A stretch of DNA of 64,000 bases from Gemmatimonadales bacterium (GCA_041580775.1 JBFGDF010000003.1:2806-66805); one strand, 5' to 3'. Positions 35,535 to 45,400 are shown, counted from the first letter of the stretch. The notes: generated by a model not told the origin, from the sequence alone. Numbers and translations are program-made.

Positions 35535-37856
35535 TCACTCCAGCGCCGGAGCGTCCAGGACGGTGCGGATCGTGGTGAGGAGCTCGGCCACGGTCCACGG
35601 CTTGTGCAGGAACGGATGTCGCGCGAGCACCGGTGTCTGCAGCCGGGTCTGCTCCATGGCGTAGCCGCTGGTGAAGATGAAACGCACGCGATTGCCGCCG
35701 GACCTCGCGATATCCAGCAGCTCGGGGCCACTCATGCGTGGCATCACGACGTCCGAGATCACGAGATCGATGTCGCCGCCATGCTCGCGCAGGAACTCCG
35801 CCGCGTCCTGCCCGTCAACCGCCACGACCACGTGGTAGCCAAAGCGCTCGAGCAGCCGCTTCGCCAGCCGCCGGATCGCCTCATCATCCTCCACCAGCAG
35901 GATGTTCTCCGTGCCGCCGACGAGATCGGCGGCCGGCTCCGCTTCCGCTTGCAGGCCGGCGGGGAACGTCGTGGGGAAGTAGAGCTGGAACCGCGTCCCG
36001 CGACGCGGGGTGCTCGAGACCGTGATGTAGCCCCCCTGCTGCTTGACCAGTCCGTACACCATGGCGAGTCCGAGACCGGTGCCCTTGCCCGGCGGTTTCG
36101 TCGTGAAGAAGGGCTCGAAGATCCTCGCCGCGACGCGTTCTTCCATGCCGACGCCCGTGTCCGATACCGTCACGCGCACGTACTGCCCGGGCGCGATCGG
36201 CGTGTTGACTCCGGCGAGCGATCCGGTCAGGGTGGTCGGTTCCGCCTCGATCCGCAGCGTGCCGCCCTCCGGCATCGCATCGCGCGCATTGGTGGCGAGA
36301 TTGAGCAGCACCTGCTCGATGGCGCTGCGGTTCAGCCGCGCCGTCCCGACATCCCGAACGCCGACCGCGACGGCGATGCTCTCGGGCAGCACGCGGCGGA
36401 ACACCCCCGCCATCTCGCGGATCAACTGTTCGATGTCGAGTGCCTCGAGCGCGAGGTGCTCCCGGCGACTGAACGCCATCAGCTTCTTGATCATCTCCGC
36501 CCCGCGGGTGGCGACGGCGGTGATGTCGCGCAGATCGGCCCGTAGGCCCACCGACTCCGGCGGCAGGTTGGCGGTCACGAGCTCGGCGTTGGCCACGATG
36601 CTCGTGAGGATGTTGTTGAAGTCGTGGGCGATCCCCGCCGTGAGCTGCCCGATCGCGTCCAGGCGCTGCGAGTGCTGGAGCTGAATCTCCAGATTCCGCC
36701 GGGCGGTCACGTCCTCGACGAGCACCTCGAAGTGCCGCACGCCGCCGTCGGGGTCGCGAATGGCCCGGCCGCTGAGGCGCGCCGTGAATTGGCCGGCGCC
36801 GCGGCGGTTCCAGGTCACCTCGGCCCCACGGATCGGCTCCTCGCCGGCGCGCTGCAGCACCTCCAGCGTGCGCCCCCCCTCAGCACACACGTCGCGCGCC
36901 AGGTCCAGCGCCAGCACCTCGTCTTCCGTCGCGTACCCCAGCAGCTCCACCAGCGCCGGATTCGCGAGGAGGAAGCGCCCGTCGGGTGCCGTGCGGAAGA
37001 TCCCATGCACCGTGTGCGCGATCAGCGCCCGGAACTGGGCCTCCGACTCGCGCAGGGCTTCCTCCGCGTGGCGGCGCTCGGTGATATCCAGTCCGACCCC
37101 GATGAGCAGTCCGTCCGGTCCCCGCGCGTCTGTCCACGCCATCCACCGGACACCGCCAGTGCGGTTGGTGACCTGACGCTCGTAGCTGCCCGCGGGCACG
37201 GGCAGGTCGCCGCCAGCCATGGCGGCGACGCGGGCGCGCTCCCGCGCGCGCTCTTCGGGATCGCCACCGGTCCGGAGCCACCAGCCGTCCCCGAGCAGAT
37301 CCGCGGGCTCGTAGCCGAGCAGGTTGCGCACCGACGGGCTCACATACTGGATCGCACCGGTCGCGTCAGCGACGATGACGAGATTGCCGACCGAAGCGAG
37401 GATGCTGTCGGACAGGCGCAGCTGGGCGTCGCTTTCGCGGCGGGCAGTGACGTCTCGCTGAATCGCGAGGAATCCCACCAGCGTCCCGTCGGCATCCACC
37501 ACCGGGTTTGCGGACGCCTCGACCGTGACCAGCCGACCGTCCTTCGTCCGATTCACGATCTCGCCGCTGATCGTGCGCTTCGCGAGCAGGACCTGCCAGA
37601 ACTCCCGGTACTCGTCCTGCGACATCAGCCCCGACTTGAGGATTCGGGGCGTCTGGCCGAGTGCCTCGTCCGCCCGGTATCCATAAACGCGCTCGAACGT
37701 CGGATTGACGTACGTGATGCGTCCCTCCGGGTCGGTGAGGAACACGATCTCCCCCGACCGCTCGATGCCCAGGCGCAGACGCAGCAACTCGCGGTCGATC
37801 CGCCGCTGATCGGTGGCGTCGCGCGAGTCATGCGGTGGCATGGCGGTCTCTCCCAT
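35535..37856 (-). CDS. Multi-PAS hybrid sensor histidine kinase with C-terminal receiver
   Basis: Several PAS modules are present (e.g. ITYVNPTFERVYGY). Other elements are the H-box AGIAHDFNNILT, the HATPase motif GKGTGLGLAMVYG, and the receiver ILLVEDDEAIR...DLVISDVVMP. Confidence 0.9.
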   Translation of the reverse strand: MGETAMPPHDSRDATDQRRIDRELLRLRLGIERSGEIVFLTDPEGRITYVNPTFERVYGYRADEALGQTPRILKSGLMSQDEYREFWQVLLAKRTISGEIVNRTKDGRLVTVEASANPVVDADGTLVGFLAIQRDVTARRESDAQLRLSDSILASVGNLVIVADATGAIQYVSPSVRNLLGYEPADLLGDGWWLRTGGDPEERARERARVAAMAGGDLPVPAGSYERQVTNRTGGVRWMAWTDARGPDGLLIGVGLDITERRHAEEALRESEAQFRALIAHTVHGIFRTAPDGRFLLANPALVELLGYATEDEVLALDLARDVCAEGGRTLEVLQRAGEEPIRGAEVTWNRRGAGQFTARLSGRAIRDPDGGVRHFEVLVEDVTARRNLEIQLQHSQRLDAIGQLTAGIAHDFNNILTSIVANAELVTANLPPESVGLRADLRDITAVATRGAEMIKKLMAFSRREHLALEALDIEQLIREMAGVFRRVLPESIAVAVGVRDVGTARLNRSAIEQVLLNLATNARDAMPEGGTLRIEAEPTTLTGSLAGVNTPIAPGQYVRVTVSDTGVGMEERVAARIFEPFFTTKPPGKGTGLGLAMVYGLVKQQGGYITVSSTPRRGTRFQLYFPTTFPAGLQAEAEPAADLVGGTENILLVEDDEAIRRLAKRLLERFGYHVVVAVDGQDAAEFLREHGGDIDLVISDVVMPRMSGPELLDIARSGGNRVRFIFTSGYAMEQTRLQTPVLARHPFLHKPWTVAELLTTIRTVLDAPALE

Positions 37857-37986
37857 AGCCCGGCGTCAGCCGTTGTGGCCCAGTCGCCGACCAGTTCAGC
37901 TCGCCGCGCACCGGCACGCGGCCCAGCCGTCGAATGCAAAGCGGTTCGCAGAGTAACTTACCCATCGACACGTCGGGGAGGACACG

Positions 37987-38862
37987 ATGAGCAACGCAGC
38001 CGAGCCCGTCGCGGCGGCCCGGCTCGCACGGCGTCCGTTCGGACGCACCGGATTGGCGGTCACGCCACTGGCGCTCGCCGCCTTTGCCGTCCGCGGCGCG
38101 GGGCCGCGCGGCCGTCGCCTTTCCCCCGACGACGTCGAGCGGGCCTTCCACGAGTACGGCATCAACACCTTTCTGTTTCATTGGGGCATGCGGGCGATGG
38201 TCGCGGGTTTGCGCCGCCTGCTCGCCTCCGGACACCGTCACGAACTTGTGCTCATCGCCGAAGCCGGCATCCACACGGGATGGGGAGTCCGCCGAGCGTG
38301 GCGGCGACACGCGCGCGCCCTCGGGGTCGACGTGATCGATGTGTTCCTGCTCGGCTGGGTGCGCTCTCGCTGGTCCGTGGCCGGCCGCACGTGGCCGGCC
38401 CTGCAGGCGCTGCGCGAAGCCGGAGAGGTCCGCGCCATTGGCTTCTCGTCCCACGACCGGCCGCTCGCCGCGATGCTGGCCCGGGAACTCGACGTGGACG
38501 CCCTCATGATTCGGTACAACGCGGCGCACCGCGGAGCGGAGTCCGACGTCTTCACGCCGCTCGGCGAGCGTCGACCCGCCATCATCGCCTACACGGCGAC
38601 CCGGTGGGGCATGCTCCTGCAGCCGGTGCCGGCCGCCGGATTCCCCAACGGGATGACCGCGGGCGAGTGCTACCGCTTCGCACTGTCCCACCCTGCGGTG
38701 GATCTCGTGCTGTGCGCGCCGCGCCACGCGGACGAGCTGCATCACGACGTCGCCGCTGCCCGACGCGGGCCGCTCTCCGCCGACCGGCTGGAGGAAGTCC
38801 GCCACTTCGGCGACGCCGTGCACGCCGCAGCCCGTGGTGGCCGTCGCTGGATGTTCCAATGA
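37987..38862 (+). CDS. Aldo/keto reductase family protein
   Basis: A GGGAGG SD sequence is present. The AKR-like pattern is RRPFGRTGLAVTPLAL...GINTF...IDVFLL...AIGFSSH...IRYNAAHRGAE. Confidence 0.75.
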   Translation: MSNAAEPVAAARLARRPFGRTGLAVTPLALAAFAVRGAGPRGRRLSPDDVERAFHEYGINTFLFHWGMRAMVAGLRRLLASGHRHELVLIAEAGIHTGWGVRRAWRRHARALGVDVIDVFLLGWVRSRWSVAGRTWPALQALREAGEVRAIGFSSHDRPLAAMLARELDVDALMIRYNAAHRGAESDVFTPLGERRPAIIAYTATRWGMLLQPVPAAGFPNGMTAGECYRFALSHPAVDLVLCAPRHADELHHDVAAARRGPLSADRLEEVRHFGDAVHAAARGGRRWMFQ

Positions 38863-39227
38863 CGCGACCCCTCCCCAAGACCCGCCGCCCGGTCGTGAGC
38901 GGGGGTGACCGGGATCACGTCAACAATGCGACCTGTATTACCCGGGAACTGTGAGCCGAATCACGCTTTGTGAGGTGGGTAAGCGCTGCCGGGGTCGAGC
39001 TCGCGCACGTTCAGGCAAGCGGCTCCCCGCCCGAGGCACTGGACTCGCGGGCCTCTCGTTGCTGGTCGACGCGGTCCTTCCGCCACAGAATCTCGACACG
39101 CACGAGCTCGGGCCGCCGCGCCGCAGCCCCCCTTCGCCGTCCCGACCCGCCTAGGTAAGTTGCGCGTTCGCGGCTCGTCAGATCCGCGACCAGGTTTCTA
39201 GGCATTTTGACCCAACAGGGGGCGGGT

Positions 39228-39755
39228 ATGCGGCTACAGGTAGCGGGATTCGGGATTGTGGCGCTCGCGGTGCTCAGCGCACCGGTCACGGCGCAGGAGC
39301 ATCAACACCACGGCGACAAGGACCCGGCGGCGCACGCGTCGGGCGAGATGATGGGCATGATGCTCCGGGCGTTCAGCCCCGCGCAGTTGCTCGAGCGGAA
39401 GGCCGATCTCAAGCTCACGGCCGAGCAGGTGACGAAGCTGGAACAGCTCCAGACCAGCGCCATGGCCAAGCACGACCAGGCCGTGAAGAGCCACGACACG
39501 CATCGCCAGCAGATGATGGAGGCCCTGCACGCCGCCGACGTGAATCCACAGGTGGTCCGCGGGCACTTCACGGGGGCCCACGACGCGATGGGCCAGGCGC
39601 ACTGGGCGCAGGTGGAAGCCGGCCTCGCGGCGATGGCGCTCCTGACCGCCGATCAGCGGGCCGCGGTCCGGAGCACGATGGGCGGCAAGGGCATGCGGGA
39701 AGGGCAGAGCTGCTGCCAGGGTGAAGGGAACGGCATGTCGCACGGCAAGCACTAG
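39228..39755 (+). CDS. Periplasmic LTXXQ-motif (CpxP/Spy-like) protein with His- and Cys-rich termini
   Basis: It has a signal peptide, LTXXQ motifs (LKLTAEQV, LLTADQRA), an N-terminal HQHHGDKD and a C-terminal SCCQGEGNGMSHGKH. Confidence 0.7.
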   Translation: MRLQVAGFGIVALAVLSAPVTAQEHQHHGDKDPAAHASGEMMGMMLRAFSPAQLLERKADLKLTAEQVTKLEQLQTSAMAKHDQAVKSHDTHRQQMMEALHAADVNPQVVRGHFTGAHDAMGQAHWAQVEAGLAAMALLTADQRAAVRSTMGGKGMREGQSCCQGEGNGMSHGKH

Positions 39756-40789
39756 CGGGCGCGACGCAGGACGTCGGGGCCGAGGCGGGCGATCCGTCCG
39801 CTCGGCCCCGCGACCCACCCTGCCGTACCCGTGGCCGTGAGACCGTAGGTGAACGCCGTGTCCACCGCCATCCAGGTCGCACCATCATCGTCCGACAGCC
39901 CAAAGCCCGTGGGGCCGCCGGCCATCACAGTCTCCGATCCCGGCACGTACACCGCGCCGTAGCGCACGCCGTGTGGCGCGGTCGTTCCCACGAACGCCCA
40001 CGTGCGCCCGCCGTCGACGGTCCGCAGGACGTTGGGCGCGGCGCTGCGGGGCTGCTGGTAGTTCCCTCCGACGGCGACGCCGTGCAGCGTATCACGAAAG
40101 GCGATCCCGAAGATTCCCGTCGCCGGTCCTGCCGCCATGGGCGTCGTGTGCACCGTCCAGGTTGCACCGCCGTCCGTCGTTTGCAGCACCCGGGCCACCA
40201 CTGCTCCTCCGGTTCCGATCCAGGCATGCTGCGCGCCGGCGACCGCGATCGCCGTGCCGCTCGCCGCGAAGCCCGCCTCGCCGTCGAGCGGGGCTGGCAG
40301 CTGGCCCCGCGGCACTTCGGTCCAGGAGCGGCACCCGTTGGTGGTACGGACCACGAGAAACGCGCCGTCGACCGGGTCACTGAACGCCACCCCCCGGTCG
40401 GCATCCCAGAACGCCATTCCGTCGAAGAACACCTGGGGATGGGCGAACTCGTACGCGACGTTCCAGCTCACCCCACCGTCGGGCGTCCGGTAGATGCGGC
40501 CGACGCCGGCATCGAAGCTCGTGGCCACGACGCACGCCACGCCCGCGTCGAGCACCTCGACATCTACGAGAAACAGCGTCTCTGCGCCGGGGATGACGCC
40601 CGCCTTCCATGTGATGCCCCCGTCGGTCGAGCGCGCGTACGTCCCCGCGCGCCCGCTCGCCCAGACTTCGTCACCGCGGGCCGACATCCCCCGGAACTCG
40701 CCAGCCACACCGGCCACGGAGGTCACGTCCTGCGCTCCGGCCGCCGTTGCCACGAGCATGGCGCCCACGATCCCCCGCACCCTGGTCAT
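39752..40789 (-). CDS. BNR/Asp-box repeat beta-propeller protein (Ycf48-like), secreted
   Basis: ATG 40789 overlaps the GNAT gene stop (ATGA). Six SxDxGxTW-type boxes are present: STDGGITW, TPDGGVSW, TTNGCRSW, TTDGGATW, TVDGGRTW, SDDDGATW. Confidence 0.75.
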   Translation of the reverse strand: MTRVRGIVGAMLVATAAGAQDVTSVAGVAGEFRGMSARGDEVWASGRAGTYARSTDGGITWKAGVIPGAETLFLVDVEVLDAGVACVVATSFDAGVGRIYRTPDGGVSWNVAYEFAHPQVFFDGMAFWDADRGVAFSDPVDGAFLVVRTTNGCRSWTEVPRGQLPAPLDGEAGFAASGTAIAVAGAQHAWIGTGGAVVARVLQTTDGGATWTVHTTPMAAGPATGIFGIAFRDTLHGVAVGGNYQQPRSAAPNVLRTVDGGRTWAFVGTTAPHGVRYGAVYVPGSETVMAGGPTGFGLSDDDGATWMAVDTAFTYGLTATGTAGWVAGPSGRIARLGPDVLRRAR

Positions 40790-41343
40790 GAGCCGTCGTA
40801 CTCCTCCCGCAGAATCGCGTACGTCACGGCGTCCTCCGCGCGGTCCCCACGCCGGAAATGTTGGCGCGCGACGCCTTCCAGTTGCATGCCCGCCTTCGCC
40901 ATCACCCGTCCCGACGCCGGATTGCGGGCGAAGTGGCACGCGTGGATCCGGTTCAGGTCGAGCGTCGCGAAGCCATAGCACAGCATCGCACGCACCGCCT
41001 CGGTCGCGTAGCCGCGGCCCCAGTACGGCCGACCGATCCAGTAGCCCAGTTCGGCGCGCGCGTGCCGGGGCGCTGATCGCAGCCCGACGGCGCCGAGGAG
41101 CGCACCACTCGCGCGGTCGGTCACCGCAAAGACGACCCCGTCGCCTCCCTCGTACAAGGTCGCGTGCTCGGCAATCCACTTGGCCGCGGCTCCGTCCGGA
41201 TACGGGTGCGGAATGTTGAGCGTCGTTTCCGCCACCTCGCGCTCGCCCGCGAGCCGCTGCACTTCGCTGGCATCGGCGGCGACGAACGGGCGGAGCCGGA
41301 GACGCGCCGTCAGGAGCTCGGGCTGCGGGCGCGCGCCGTTCAC
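40786..41343 (-). CDS. GNAT-family N-acetyltransferase (RimJ/RimL-like)
   Basis: The GTG start overlaps the PPIase stop (GTGA). Motifs present are LRLRPF...D and ELGYWIGRPYWGRGYATEA. Confidence 0.85.
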   Translation of the reverse strand: MNGARPQPELLTARLRLRPFVAADASEVQRLAGEREVAETTLNIPHPYPDGAAAKWIAEHATLYEGGDGVVFAVTDRASGALLGAVGLRSAPRHARAELGYWIGRPYWGRGYATEAVRAMLCYGFATLDLNRIHACHFARNPASGRVMAKAGMQLEGVARQHFRRGDRAEDAVTYAILREEYDGS

Positions 41344-41972
41344 TCCTGTGGCGCCGGCGGCTGGCTGGCCAATCGGTACGCACGCCGGATGATGGTCGGG
41401 TCGTTGGGGAACTCCCGATGCCGGCCCCGGGGCCCGCTGCCCGCCTTGGCGATCGCGTCCACGACATCCAGCCCCTCGATCACGCGGCCGAAGACCGCGT
41501 ACCCCCACTCGCGCGCCGTGGAGGCAGTGTAATCGAGCTTGGTGTTGTCCTTCAGGTTCACGAAGAACTCGCTCGTGGCGCTGTGCGGATCGAGCTGGCG
41601 CGCCATCGCGACCGTCCCGCGGAGGTTCTTGAGCCCGTTCGCGGCCTCGTTCTCGATGGGGAACACCGTGCTCTTCCGCTCGCCGAGATCCTCCGTGACG
41701 GCGCCCGCCTGGATCACGAAGTTGGGCGCGATGCGGTGAAAGATGAGCCCGTCGTAGAAACCCGCGCCCACGTGACGCAGAAAGTTGGCGACCGATACGG
41801 GGGCACGTGCGCGGTCCAGCTCCATCACGATCCGACCCTTGCTCGTTTCGAACACAACCGTATCGAGGGGCGCCGGCGCCGACGCCGCCGATTCAGGTTG
41901 GGCCTGTTCCCGGCCGGTGCAGGCCGCGAGCGCCAGCAGCACGACGAGTGAACCGAACGGGAGCGTCTGCAT
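41340..41972 (-). CDS. Cyclophilin-type peptidyl-prolyl cis-trans isomerase (lipoprotein)
   Basis: The lipobox is LLALAAC. Motifs present are FHRIAPNFVIQAG, GTVAMAR and SEFFVNL. Confidence 0.9.
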   Translation of the reverse strand: MQTLPFGSLVVLLALAACTGREQAQPESAASAPAPLDTVVFETSKGRIVMELDRARAPVSVANFLRHVGAGFYDGLIFHRIAPNFVIQAGAVTEDLGERKSTVFPIENEAANGLKNLRGTVAMARQLDPHSATSEFFVNLKDNTKLDYTASTAREWGYAVFGRVIEGLDVVDAIAKAGSGPRGRHREFPNDPTIIRRAYRLASQPPAPQE

Positions 41973-41983
41973 GGGTCACGTCC

Positions 41984-42361
41984 TCAAAACGGTTTGGTGA
42001 GCGCCACGATGGCCGCCACGAGGCCGAGCGTCGGCACCAGTACGAACACCCAGCGGGCGAACTGCGGCCGTCGGTAGGGGACGACGGCCACGGCGCCGAG
42101 CAGCACCCAGATCGCCACTTTGGCCCAGATCCACCCCGGCAGGGCAAACCCGCCCGGCGCTGCGAGCCGCGCGAGCATGCCGAATCCGCCCAGCAGAATC
42201 AAGAACAACGCGATCCCGTGGCTGCCGGAGACGAGCCGCCGCGTGAGCGACTCGCGGCGGACACCACCGTTCGCGGCGTGAATGGCGAGCCCACCAAGCG
42301 CGGCCATCAGCAGGAAGATGCCGAGCAGGTGAACGACTTTGTACACCGTGTAGGAGATCAT
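41984..42361 (-). CDS. Integral membrane protein (4 predicted helices)
   Basis: ATG overlaps the upstream stop (ATGA, 42358-42361). Hydrophobic segments run throughout. No family was recognised. Confidence 0.55.
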   Translation of the reverse strand: MISYTVYKVVHLLGIFLLMAALGGLAIHAANGGVRRESLTRRLVSGSHGIALFLILLGGFGMLARLAAPGGFALPGWIWAKVAIWVLLGAVAVVPYRRPQFARWVFVLVPTLGLVAAIVALTKPF

Positions 42362-43596
42362 GTCTGAGGTAACGCCTCCAGAAATTCCCGCAGTACGCGG
42401 CCGGTCGCGACCGGCTGCTCGATGGGAGCCAAGTGTCCGGCTGCGGGAATGCCGGCAAACTGCGCGCCGCGGATCGCGTCTGCCATGGCACGCGCCTCCG
42501 CCAGCGGAATCAACTGATCTTCGTTGCCCGCGACCACCAGCGTCGGCAGGTCGATCGTCGCCAGGAGGTCGCTGGCGTCGGTCCGGTCCCGCATCGCCGC
42601 GAGTGCACCGACGATTCCGTGTGGCCCACTGCTCGCCGCCATCGTCCGGACGTGCCGCACGACCTCCGGCATCGTCTGTAGGGACGGTGGCGCGATCAGT
42701 TTCGCGAGCAGTTCGTCGGCCAGAAAGCCCGTGCCGTCCCGCCGGACACGCGCCATCATCGCCTCCCGCCGGGCCCGCGCGTCACTCCCGTCCGCCGAGG
42801 CCCGCGTGTTCATCAGGACCAGAGCCCGTACCCGGTTGGCGTGCCGCCGCAGCAGCTCGAAGGCAACATACCCGCCCATGGAGAGCCCGCATACCACGGC
42901 GGCCTCGACGTGGAGCGCGTCCAGGAGCGCCGCCAGGTCGTCGGCGTACATCCCCATCGTGTAAGCTCCGTCCGGGGCCTCCGAGAGTCCCATGCCGCGC
43001 AGGTCGGGCACGATGCGACGCCAGCCGCTGAGCGTGGCCGCGACGGGCCGCCACAGCGTTCGGTCGAGCGGAAAGCCGTGCACGAGCAGCAGTGCCGGCC
43101 CGTCCCCGCTCACGTCGACCGCGAGCGACACCCCGCGCACGGTGTGCCGCTGGGTCGCGGTGGTGGCGCGGGGGGACCGGGCGCCGAAATACTCTGCTAC
43201 CTCGGCGGGCAGCGGGACCGGTCGACCGTCGCCGCCGACGCACACGAACACGAAGTCCGCCGCCGCCACCAGGTCCTCCGCCGTCGCGCGGCGGACCGTC
43301 TGCCGCAGGTCGAAGCTCGTGCGGCCCAGGCGGGTGAGCTCGAGCGCAAACCGCAGCCGCTCACCGGGAACGACCGGCTGCAAGTACTCGATCGTGGTCC
43401 TGCGCACGGCGGGCCATGCGCCGCTCCGCTCGAACACATCCATTCCCGGTCCGGCAGCGAGCGCCGCCCAGCGCGCGCGTTCGAACAACCGGAGGAAGCT
43501 CGCCTGGTTCAGATGCCCGAACGCGTCACAGTCGTCCGGGGACACGGTGCATTCGATCGGGACATCCTCCGCCACGGGCACCACCGCCAAGGCCAC
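42358..43596 (-). CDS. Fusion protein: 4HBT-type acyl-CoA thioesterase plus alpha/beta hydrolase
   Basis: The N-terminal hotdog signature is DCDAFGHLNQASFLRLFERARW. The C-terminal hydrolase region has LLLVHGFPLD and the nucleophile elbow GLSMGG. The start (GTG 43596) is uncertain. Confidence 0.7.
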   Translation of the reverse strand: MALAVVPVAEDVPIECTVSPDDCDAFGHLNQASFLRLFERARWAALAAGPGMDVFERSGAWPAVRRTTIEYLQPVVPGERLRFALELTRLGRTSFDLRQTVRRATAEDLVAAADFVFVCVGGDGRPVPLPAEVAEYFGARSPRATTATQRHTVRGVSLAVDVSGDGPALLLVHGFPLDRTLWRPVAATLSGWRRIVPDLRGMGLSEAPDGAYTMGMYADDLAALLDALHVEAAVVCGLSMGGYVAFELLRRHANRVRALVLMNTRASADGSDARARREAMMARVRRDGTGFLADELLAKLIAPPSLQTMPEVVRHVRTMAASSGPHGIVGALAAMRDRTDASDLLATIDLPTLVVAGNEDQLIPLAEARAMADAIRGAQFAGIPAAGHLAPIEQPVATGRVLREFLEALPQT

Positions 43597-43840
43597 CGAC
43601 GTGGTAAACTTACGTTCCGAGCGAGGCGCATCAAACCTCCGCAACCCGGTCCCTGAGACGGAATCGTGACGTCCCCGTAATGACTGGAACACACTTGCCC
43701 CCGACCTTCTCGTCCGGACTTGCCGGGAGGCCGGATGACACGGAGGCGGCGATCGCTGGCGCTCCAGTCCCTCACGACGCGGCTCTTGGACGTTGGCGAG
43801 GCAGGCGGCGGGACGAGAGGCGCGGGGGGCCGCGTCGTTG

Positions 43841-44983
43841 ATGGCGTCCAGCCCCACACCTCCGACGATGGTGCAGGACGCGGGCAGCCTCGCCGCTTTG
43901 GCGACGCGGCTCGCCAATGAACGACGTCTGGCCATTGACACGGAGGCCGCGTCTTTCCACCGCTACGTCGATCGCGTCTACCTGCTGCAACTCACCTCGG
44001 ACGGCGAAACGGCGCTGGTCGATCCCCTCACGGTCCCCGACCTCAGTCCAATCGGCCGGCTGCTGGCCGACCCCGCGGTGGAAGTCATCTTCCACGACGC
44101 GGACTACGACCTCCGCATCCTGGATCGGGACTACGGCTTCCGGGCCCGCCGTCTCTGGGACACCAAGGTGGCGGCCCAGCTCAGCGGAGAGGTTGCCTTC
44201 GGTCTCGGGGCACTGCTCGAAAAGTACTTCGGTATTCGACTGAGCAAGGCGCTGCAACGGGCCGATTGGTCCCGTCGACCGTTGACCGAGGCGATGATCG
44301 CCTACGCGGCCGCCGACACGGCGTACCTTCCCGATCTTCGCGACCTGCTGGACGCCCGCCTGCGCGAAAGCCACCGCCTGGCATGGGCGGAGGAGGAGTT
44401 CGTCCGTCTGGAAGCGGTGCGGTGGACCGAACGAGCGGCCGCGGGTGAGCAGTTCCTCGCCATCAAGGGCGCAAAGGCGCTGAGACCCGCGCAGCTCGCG
44501 GTGCTGCGCGCCGTGTGGGAGTGGCGCGAGCGGACGGCCGCCGACCTCGACCGCGCGCCCTTTCGCGTGCTCGCCAACGAGGCGCTGGTGGCGTTGGCCC
44601 GGGCGGCGCCCGCGACGCCGGAGGCGCTCGCGGCGGTGCCGCAGCTGCCGGCCAGCGTGGCCCGACGCCACGGCCCCGCGCTGCTCTCCGCCGTGGCCGC
44701 CGGTCGGGCGACACCGCAGGCCGACTGGCCCCGCGTGGAGCGTTCACCACGGGCGCGCCGGGACCCCGAGGAGGATGCCCGATTCCAACGCTTACGGGAG
44801 CTGCGCGCCCGCCGGGCGCCGGAGGTCGGCCTGGATCCGGGGTTGGTCTGTCCCAACGCCGTGCTGCAGGAGATTGCGCGTGTCGTGCCGCGGTCGCCGA
44901 CCGACCTGGAGGGGATCACCGATCTGCGCCGTTGGCAGCGCGAGGTGCTGACCGACAGGGCACTGCTCGAGGCCATCCGGTAG
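43841..44983 (+). CDS. rnd: Ribonuclease D (DEDD 3'-5' exonuclease plus HRDC)
   Basis: Motifs AIDTEA, FHDADYDL and AYAAADTAYL are followed by an HRDC-like region. The start choice (ATG 43841) is uncertain. Confidence 0.85.
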   Translation: MASSPTPPTMVQDAGSLAALATRLANERRLAIDTEAASFHRYVDRVYLLQLTSDGETALVDPLTVPDLSPIGRLLADPAVEVIFHDADYDLRILDRDYGFRARRLWDTKVAAQLSGEVAFGLGALLEKYFGIRLSKALQRADWSRRPLTEAMIAYAAADTAYLPDLRDLLDARLRESHRLAWAEEEFVRLEAVRWTERAAAGEQFLAIKGAKALRPAQLAVLRAVWEWRERTAADLDRAPFRVLANEALVALARAAPATPEALAAVPQLPASVARRHGPALLSAVAAGRATPQADWPRVERSPRARRDPEEDARFQRLRELRARRAPEVGLDPGLVCPNAVLQEIARVVPRSPTDLEGITDLRRWQREVLTDRALLEAIR

Positions 44984-44993
44984 CCCAAGAACG

Positions 44994-45024
44994 CAGCGCG
45001 GACGATCACTGACCGTCCGCGCTG
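44994..45024. terminator. Bidirectional terminator-like hairpin between convergent rnd and the DUF59 gene
   Basis: An 11-bp perfect stem, CAGCGCGGACG (44994-45004) with CGTCCGCGCTG (45014-45024), encloses a 9-nt loop. T-tracts are weak. Confidence 0.5.
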
Positions 45025-45048
45025 GACCTAGGGCGATTTCCGACCGGT

Positions 45049-45351
45049 CTAGAGTCCGAGAAACGCCCGTACCCGCGGGTCAATCCGCTCGGGCGTCCAG
45101 TAGGGTTCCCACACCAGTTCGATTTTGGCGTCGGTGACCCCGTCGATTCCCCGGACGGCCTGCTCCGCATCCGTCATGATCTCCGGTCCAGCCGGACAGC
45201 CCGGGGACGTCAGCGTCATCTTCACGTCGACCTCCCCGTCCTGCACGGCGATGTCGTAGATGAGGCCGAGATCGACGATGTTGAGGTTGAGCTCCGGGTC
45301 TTTCACCGATCGGAGCGTCTTCCGTACCAGGTCTTCGGTGATGGTGGCCAT
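45049..45351 (-). CDS. DUF59 (SufT/PaaD-like) Fe-S cluster assembly factor
   Basis: This is the internal ATG of ORF 45049..45591. The sequence is MATITEDLVRKTLRSVKDPELNLNIVDLGLIY...MTLTSPGCP. Confidence 0.8.
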   Translation of the reverse strand: MATITEDLVRKTLRSVKDPELNLNIVDLGLIYDIAVQDGEVDVKMTLTSPGCPAGPEIMTDAEQAVRGIDGVTDAKIELVWEPYWTPERIDPRVRAFLGL

Positions 45352-45400
45352 TTGGTGCCTCGCGGCTCCCGGTGAACGTCGTGACACCCGCGCCCTCAAC

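Noticed and set aside
36624-38954. A 776-aa plus-strand ORF spanning the histidine kinase and aldo/keto reductase regions.
   Set aside because: It is antisense to the kinase over its first half and out of frame with the AKR over its second half. The translation is Arg/Pro/Ala-rich with no domains.
39011-39205. A possible 64-aa minus-strand gene (MPRNLVADLTSRERATYLGG...) in the long intergenic region upstream of the LTXXQ gene.
   Set aside because: It has no SD sequence, mixed third-position composition, a low-complexity Arg/Gly stretch and no recognisable motif. I cannot support it as a gene, but RNA-seq of this 365-nt spacer would be worthwhile.
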